Origin: Acidobacteriota bacterium
Lineage (GTDB): Bacteria; Acidobacteriota; UBA890; WLXD01
DNA: 64,000 nucleotides
Direction: 5' to 3'
NCBI GenBank assembly: GCA_965248695.1
Contig: CBDFKD010000002.1
Location: 3,488,001 to 3,552,000 of the forward strand
Part shown: positions 58,324 to 64,000 of the stretch, in pieces
Position numbering within the stretch: position 1 is the stretch's first letter
Layout: the number at the start of each line of letters is the position of its first letter
Notes under the pieces: generated by a model
The model's input: only the letters and a program-made list of their open reading frames with translations
Told to the model about the DNA's origin: nothing
The model's database searches: none
Made by a program: the position numbers and the translations under genes

Positions 58324-59865
58324 ATGGGCTTCCGCATCCGATGCACAAGGACGATCGTTCTCACCGGTGCGTTCGCGGCGAGCCTGGGAGCAACAGCCGA
58401 CGCGGCACAGCAACGCCAAACCGAACAAAGCCTGCTCGACCCCGCACGGCCTCTCAGCGCCGAGATCGCTACCAGCATCGACGACGGCTTCACCTTCGCG
58501 GCGATCGGCGATTGCATCATCTCCCGCCCACATTCCCAGATGCTCGAGACCGAGCCCGCCTTCGCGGCGGTGATGAAGATCATCCGCGAGGCCGACGTCA
58601 GCTTCGGCAACCTCGAGACCAGCCTCATCGACATCCGTCGATTCGAGGGTTACCCGGAGGCGGAGGACGGCGGCTGCTGGTGCATTGCCACACCGGATAC
58701 CGCCCAGGATCTCAGAGACCTCGGCTTCGACATGTTCTCGCGCTCCAACAACCACGCGCTCGACTGGGGACGCGCCGGTATGCGCGAAACCAGCGACTGG
58801 CTCGACCGTGCCGGGCTGGTGCACGCTGGATCCGGAGAGCACCGCGCCGAAGCACGGGCGCCGCGATTCCTCGAGACGCCTAAGGGGCGCGTGGGCCTCG
58901 TATCGGTGGCCTCTACCTTCGCCGAGTTTTCCGAGGCCGCGCCGCCGCGCGGCGCCGCGCCCGGCCGGCCCGGACTCAATGCCCTGAAGACGACCCGCCA
59001 CACGATCGTCACCGAGTCGATGATGCGATCGCTGCTACACCTGCGTGACGCAACCGACGAGCAACGACGCGCCAACAACGCTGACACCGCGCGCCCCGAC
59101 ACCGATCCCGACCCGGCCGTTGGCGAGGCGCCGCACGGGAAGCAAACCGAGACAGCAGAGCCGCTTCCGACCGAGCTGCGGCTGTTCGACACCAGCTTCC
59201 GTCTCGGCGATCAGCCCGGCTATCAGTACGACATGGACGAGGTCGACCTACACGAGAACCTCCACAGCATTCGCGAGGGGAAACAGCTATCGGATTTCCT
59301 GGTGGTCTCGATTCACGTGCACGAGACCGGGCTCGGCCACGACGAGCTGGCCGACTTCTTGCCGAGCTTTGCGCGCGCCGCCATCGATGCAGGTGCCGAC
59401 GCATTCGTCGGCCATGGGACCCACCGGCTGCGGCCGATCGAGATCTACAACGGCCGTCCGATCTTCTACGGCCTCGGAGACTTCTTCTGGAGCGACATGC
59501 AGGGCCCGTTCGGAAACGACTACTTCGAGGAGTACGCCGACGATCTCGACAACACGTTCGGAGAGGGGCACGACGTCACCGATGCCGAGCTCTTTCTGAT
59601 GCTGGCGGGACCCAAGTTCGGCTTCGACGATGAGCTCGTATACCAGACCGTCGTGCCGGTAAGCCGCTACGAGAAAGGAGACCTCGCCGAGCTGCGCTTG
59701 TACCCGGTGGACCTCGGCCACGACCGTCGGCTGACCGAGAGCGGCATACCGAGGCTAGCCGAACCCGCCCTGGCGCAGCAGATCCTTCATCGCTTGGCCA
59801 AGATGTCGGCGCCGTTCGGCACCGTGATACAGATCGAGGACGGTGTCGGAGTCATCCGACCATAG
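58324..59865 (+). CDS. CapA (poly-gamma-glutamate PGA_cap) family metallophosphoesterase, exported
   Basis: AIGD, FGNLET, SNNHALDWG, SIHVHE, GHGTH, YGLGDF. Confidence 0.9.
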   Translation: MGFRIRCTRTIVLTGAFAASLGATADAAQQRQTEQSLLDPARPLSAEIATSIDDGFTFAAIGDCIISRPHSQMLETEPAFAAVMKIIREADVSFGNLETSLIDIRRFEGYPEAEDGGCWCIATPDTAQDLRDLGFDMFSRSNNHALDWGRAGMRETSDWLDRAGLVHAGSGEHRAEARAPRFLETPKGRVGLVSVASTFAEFSEAAPPRGAAPGRPGLNALKTTRHTIVTESMMRSLLHLRDATDEQRRANNADTARPDTDPDPAVGEAPHGKQTETAEPLPTELRLFDTSFRLGDQPGYQYDMDEVDLHENLHSIREGKQLSDFLVVSIHVHETGLGHDELADFLPSFARAAIDAGADAFVGHGTHRLRPIEIYNGRPIFYGLGDFFWSDMQGPFGNDYFEEYADDLDNTFGEGHDVTDAELFLMLAGPKFGFDDELVYQTVVPVSRYEKGDLAELRLYPVDLGHDRRLTESGIPRLAEPALAQQILHRLAKMSAPFGTVIQIEDGVGVIRP

Positions 59866-60006
59866 TGAGGTGGCCAGGACACCACCGCGCGGCATGACCA
59901 GACGACAGCACCGACGCTTCCGCTTGCTTCAGAACGGGCGCCGCCAGAGAATCGCGCCGGTTCCGCAATCCGGTCCGGCCGTGCCGCCGCTCCCGAGGAG
60001 GGATTG

Positions 60007-60762
60007 ATGATGAAGCACCGTCGGTCGACCGCGCTGCTGGCGACCGCGGCGCTGACGGTGGCCTGCGGGTCGGATCCGCTGCCCGACGCCGAGCTCGTGG
60101 TGCTCGAGCGCGAGCTCGCCAGCCTGTCGCGTTACCGCGAGCTCGATTTCGGAACCGTGCTGGGCGAAGGCGACATGGTCATCGTCGTGCACGAGCGCAC
60201 GCTGGCGGAGCTGGTGACCGCGACGCTGCCGGTGGAGCAGACCATCGACAATCGCTTTCATGTCCAGCTGCGCTCAGCCGAGGTCGATTTCCGCACCGGG
60301 CTGGCGCTGGTGCAGTTCAGCGGTCGCATCTCGCTGGTGGACCGTCCCGGTGTGTTCGTCGACGCCACCGTGTTCGGGCTCTTGCAGATCGCTGGTTTGG
60401 ATCAGACGCTCGGCGTGTTGCTCGCCAAGGTCGAGATCCTCGCCGTTCAGGCGCAGGAGGTCAGCGTCGGCGGATGGTCCGCCCCTGCTGCTCGGCTGGC
60501 GTCGGAGCTCGCGACCCGCAAGGGCAACGAGTTCAACCGGCTGTTCGGCGATCTGCCGGTGCCGATTCTTCTCGAGAGCAACGTCCACCTGCCGGCAGTC
60601 GAGGACAACGACGTGACGATTCCAGCCGTCAGCATCCCGCTCGCTGCCCGGGTCGGACGCGTGCTGACCGCGGACGAACGACTGTGGATCGTGATTGATA
60701 TCGAGGTCAAAGCAGGGACCCCGTTAACGGATGCGGTAGCAACCGAGCCCGGATCGCCATGA
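60007..60762 (+). CDS. Hypothetical lipoprotein A
   Basis: GAGGAGGG RBS; lipobox TVAC; short helix followed by alternating beta-strand pattern. Confidence 0.75.
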   Translation: MMKHRRSTALLATAALTVACGSDPLPDAELVVLERELASLSRYRELDFGTVLGEGDMVIVVHERTLAELVTATLPVEQTIDNRFHVQLRSAEVDFRTGLALVQFSGRISLVDRPGVFVDATVFGLLQIAGLDQTLGVLLAKVEILAVQAQEVSVGGWSAPAARLASELATRKGNEFNRLFGDLPVPILLESNVHLPAVEDNDVTIPAVSIPLAARVGRVLTADERLWIVIDIEVKAGTPLTDAVATEPGSP

Positions 60763-61772
60763 TCCGCGACCCGCGACGATCCCGACTTCGACTCGTGGTC
60801 GGGCTCGGGCTCGTTGGCCTTGCCTCCGGCTGCGGTGCCAATGACCCCACCAGCGACGAGGCGCTGGCCGTATTGCGTCAGCAGGTCGCCGCCCTTCGAG
60901 CCACGGTGGATACGCGGCTGGATCCGGAGATCATGCTGGCCGGCGAGGCGCTCGAGAGCGCTGACATCGTCGTACGCCTCCGCGTCGGTATGCTGCAGGA
61001 GCTGCTCACCGCCGCATCGTCGCAGTATCTGGACGACGTGCGGCTGCACCTGAGTCCGGGAACGGTGGCGCAAGAGGACAAGGAGGTATCGACGCGCATC
61101 GGTCCGATCCGTGTGCACGCCGGGCGCTGGCGGCTCGAAGTCAGTATCAACGACATCCAGGCAACGCTGCGCGCCCACGAGCCAACGATCAGCGTCGACG
61201 ACGACGAGCGCTTCGCGCTCCACCTCCCGGCGCATGTGGAAGGCGGTCGCGGCACCGCGCGCATCAAGTTCGAGTGGGATGCCGCCTTCGTAACCAGTGT
61301 GATCTGTCGCGACTTCCAGGTTGATGAGACGTTCTCGGCCATCGTGTCCACACGTGACTACGAGCTCGACGGCCATTTTCAGATCACACCGGTCGACGGT
61401 GGACTGGTGCTCGACCCCGACTTCCCCCAGCGCCTCGACGTGCAACCGGAGCCCACCGAGGAATCCTGGGCGCATATTCGCGAGCTGCTGAAGTCGCAGG
61501 ACAAGATCTTTCGCTGTGGCATTGCCCTGAACGCCGAGAGCATGGAGGCTCGGCTACGGGAGATCCTGCGCAAGGGGTTTCGCTTCCGTCTGCCGGACAG
61601 CGTGCTGCGACCGATCGCGTTGCCGTCGAGCGTCAGCGAGACGGTCGCCCTTGCTGGCCACACGCTCAACGTCGCGGCCTCGCCGTCGGGCGTGAAGCTG
61701 ACGCCGGAGTGGCTCTGGTACGGCATCGCCGTCGAGTTGACTCACGAGGACGAGTCGCAGCACTCCGAGTAG
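60759..61772 (+). CDS. Hypothetical lipoprotein B
   Basis: ATGA overlap with lipoprotein A; lipobox ASGC; beta-rich. Confidence 0.75.
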   Translation: MIRDPRRSRLRLVVGLGLVGLASGCGANDPTSDEALAVLRQQVAALRATVDTRLDPEIMLAGEALESADIVVRLRVGMLQELLTAASSQYLDDVRLHLSPGTVAQEDKEVSTRIGPIRVHAGRWRLEVSINDIQATLRAHEPTISVDDDERFALHLPAHVEGGRGTARIKFEWDAAFVTSVICRDFQVDETFSAIVSTRDYELDGHFQITPVDGGLVLDPDFPQRLDVQPEPTEESWAHIRELLKSQDKIFRCGIALNAESMEARLREILRKGFRFRLPDSVLRPIALPSSVSETVALAGHTLNVAASPSGVKLTPEWLWYGIAVELTHEDESQHSE

Positions 61773-61803
61773 CTGGAACCCGCGTCGGCCACCCGCGCGT
61801 GCC

Positions 61804-63588
61804 CTACCCAGCGTGCGTCGTTCTACCGCCGGCCACCGTTCGAGCCACGTCGATCTCCTTGATGGTGTCCGAATCGACCTCATGCGGATCGGCGGCGAGG
61901 ACCACGAAGTCGGCCAGCTTACCAGCGGTGATCGAGCCCTTGAGGCTCTCCTCGAACGACGCGTGGGCGCCGTTCATGGTGCAGATACGCAGCGCCTCGT
62001 CGACGCTGACCCGCTGGTTTGGTCCCCAGACGCGGCCATCGAAGTCCTTGCGCGTCACCAGCGACTGAATCGCCATCAGCGGCTCGTAGGGACCCGGGAC
62101 ATAGTCGGACGCCCCGGCAACCGGGATGTCGTAGTCGAGGAACGACCGGTGCGCGAACATCCAGCGCATCTTCTCCTCGCCGTACTCGACCCACTTGTTC
62201 CCGTGATAATGCACGTAGGTGTAGAACGGCGTCGGGATCGATCCGGTGGCTTTGATGCGACCCAGAAGCTCCGGGTTCACCAGCGAGCAATGCTCCAGGC
62301 GGTGACGCGGGTCCGGGCGCGGGAACTCGCGCTGCACGCGCTCGTAGGCGTTGAGCACCATGTCGATGGCGATGTCGCCGTTGGCGTGGATACCGACCTG
62401 GAAGTCATGTCGGTGGCAATCCTCCACCACCTCGTGGATGTCCTCCTGGGTCATCGTCAGGATGCCGAAGTCGTCGGGACGTCCCACATAAGGCGTGCTC
62501 ATGGCCATCGTGCGCTCCGAGGCGGAGCCGTCGGCGCCGAACTTAACCGCCCCGAGACGGAACCACTCATCGCCGAAGCCAGAGTAGAGCCCAGCGGCCT
62601 TGACCGACTCGTAAATAGCGCCCCGCATGAGCATGTAAACGCGACAACGCAGCTCGCCGGCGCGATAGGCGTCGCGGTAGGCGGTAGCCGTGGTAGCGCC
62701 GGATCCGGCATCGTGCACCGACGTCAGGCCCGACTGCGCCATCAGGCGCGTGATCAGCGCGACGCCCGCCTGGCGGTCCTCGCGCGTCGCGTCGCTGATG
62801 ATCAGTCCACTGAACACGGCGTTGGCGCGCTCGGCCACACGACCGGTCAGCTCACCATCCTCCCTGAAGAACCGCCCGTGATCAGGATCTGGCGTTGAAG
62901 CGGAGATCCCCGCGAGGTCGAACGCCTTGCTGTTGTACCAGGACGTGTGGCCGCCACGATGCGTGATGCGGACCGGATGATCGGGAACCGCTTCGTCGAT
63001 ATCTCGGCGGTGAAGCTGGCGCCCATCCGACACCTTGGTGTCGTCGTACTTGAAGGCCACCACCCATTCACCTGCCGGCGTCTGCTCGGAGCGCTGGCGC
63101 AGCGCATCCTGAATGGCGCGGATGCTCCGCAGGTCGACGTTGACGTTCTTGAGCTCGCGCAGCCCACCGCTGCCGGGATGCGAGTGCGCATCGATGAAGC
63201 CCGGGACCACGGTCATGCCGCCGACGTCGATGACCTCGACGCCGGGCCCGTTGAGGTTGTCGATGTCGTCGTTGCTACCGATGGCAACGAAGCGATCGCC
63301 CGATACCGCGAAGGCCTCGGCGCGCGGCATAGCATCATCGACGGTGTAGACGCGAGCGTTGCGAACAATGAAGTCGACCGGCATGGGGCCGCCGGTTTGC
63401 AGGGGCGCGGCGGCTCCTCGACGCAATTCTGACGCGGTCGCCTTCGAGTTGCCGGCACCGAGTCCCGCCGCAACGGCTCCGACTCCAGCTGCCCAGCCGG
63501 CACCGAGCCCGAGAAACTCCCCCCTCGTTAGGCGTTCCTTGTAGTCGTCGCGGTCGTGCGCCATGCTCGTCTCCGTCGTCTCTGCCAT
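61804..63588 (-). CDS. YtcJ-like amidohydrolase (amidohydro_3), Tat-like signal
   Basis: LTRGEFLGLG; PGFIDAHSH, KFGADGS, IHANGD, RLEHCS, GASDY, GKLADFVVL. Confidence 0.93.
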   Translation of the reverse strand: MAETTETSMAHDRDDYKERLTRGEFLGLGAGWAAGVGAVAAGLGAGNSKATASELRRGAAAPLQTGGPMPVDFIVRNARVYTVDDAMPRAEAFAVSGDRFVAIGSNDDIDNLNGPGVEVIDVGGMTVVPGFIDAHSHPGSGGLRELKNVNVDLRSIRAIQDALRQRSEQTPAGEWVVAFKYDDTKVSDGRQLHRRDIDEAVPDHPVRITHRGGHTSWYNSKAFDLAGISASTPDPDHGRFFREDGELTGRVAERANAVFSGLIISDATREDRQAGVALITRLMAQSGLTSVHDAGSGATTATAYRDAYRAGELRCRVYMLMRGAIYESVKAAGLYSGFGDEWFRLGAVKFGADGSASERTMAMSTPYVGRPDDFGILTMTQEDIHEVVEDCHRHDFQVGIHANGDIAIDMVLNAYERVQREFPRPDPRHRLEHCSLVNPELLGRIKATGSIPTPFYTYVHYHGNKWVEYGEEKMRWMFAHRSFLDYDIPVAGASDYVPGPYEPLMAIQSLVTRKDFDGRVWGPNQRVSVDEALRICTMNGAHASFEESLKGSITAGKLADFVVLAADPHEVDSDTIKEIDVARTVAGGRTTHAG

Positions 63589-63704
63589 GATCGGCCGCCT
63601 GGATACTAGCAGCCCCTACGCACAGATACCGGGGTGGCGGCGACGGCGCGCAACCGCGCGTCAGCCGACGCTGCAAGCAGCCTGGAAGTCCAACGAGGCG
63701 ACCC

Positions 63705-64000
63705 ATGAACCGGCGTTACGAGAGCTCGCGATCACACCGCATCAACCACCGATGGGCAGCGTCGCCCGGGCTTGTGGTCATCGTCTGCGCGGTCCTCGCA
63801 GCATGCGCCGGCGGCGACGCCAGCATGCCCGAACCAGCCGATTCGACGCCTTGGCCGACCGCCGGCTGGAGTCGATCAACCCCGGCCGAGCAGGGTATCG
63901 ACGGCGCCGCGCTTGCCGATCTCGACACGCGGCTGGCTGCCGGAGCGTACGGCAACGTCAATGCCGTCATGGTGACGCGCAACGGACGAGTCGTGGCTGA
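63705..64000 (+). CDS. Serine hydrolase/beta-lactamase-family lipoprotein (N-terminal part, runs off the window)
   Basis: Manual translation, not in the ORF track: MNRRY...VLAACAGG...WPTAGWSRSTPAEQGIDGAAL...NVNAVMVTRNGRVVA. Confidence 0.75.
   Translation, partial: MNRRYESSRSHRINHRWAASPGLVVIVCAVLAACAGGDASMPEPADSTPWPTAGWSRSTPAEQGIDGAALADLDTRLAAGAYGNVNAVMVTRNGRVVA

Noticed and set aside
1-64000. CRISPR arrays, tRNA/rRNA, integrases, prophage or defence genes
   Set aside because: No regularly spaced repeats, cloverleaf or rRNA signatures, or matching protein motifs were seen by eye

Overview
High-GC bacterial chromosomal window, densely coding, with about 50 genes and no rRNA, tRNA, CRISPR or prophage that I could recognise. 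The gene content (ADOP-like ABC permease, GWxTD protein, DUF1592/DUF1552/ankyrin cluster, BlaI plus M56-TonB fusion) suggests Acidobacteria or a similar lineage; this is inference. Exported hydrolases dominate: M20, M28, M55, an M12/AspN-like protease, two M48, sulfatase, GGT, creatininase-like, CapA, an amidohydrolase and two serine hydrolases. There are also housekeeping genes (xth, recQ, FKBP, fadE, lctP) and a MacAB-like ABC exporter. Six genes are split by apparent single frameshifts (four clustered at 31.7-36.6 kb), and one GST gene is a deletion pseudogene. Non-obvious elements read from the sequence: a 164-bp MITE with terminal inverted repeats and a CTAG duplication (55394-55557), a related structured repeat at 12.3-12.5 kb, a BlaI-type operator and promoter, and a sigma54 promoter. 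Best candidates for uncharacterised systems: the heme-c DUF1592/DUF1552/ankyrin exported module, a pair of paralogous beta-rich lipoproteins, an M48/GWxTD envelope module, an exported DEDD-nuclease-like protein with an altered active site, and a coupled cyclase/putative phosphodiesterase pair. All family calls come from motif recognition; no database search was run.
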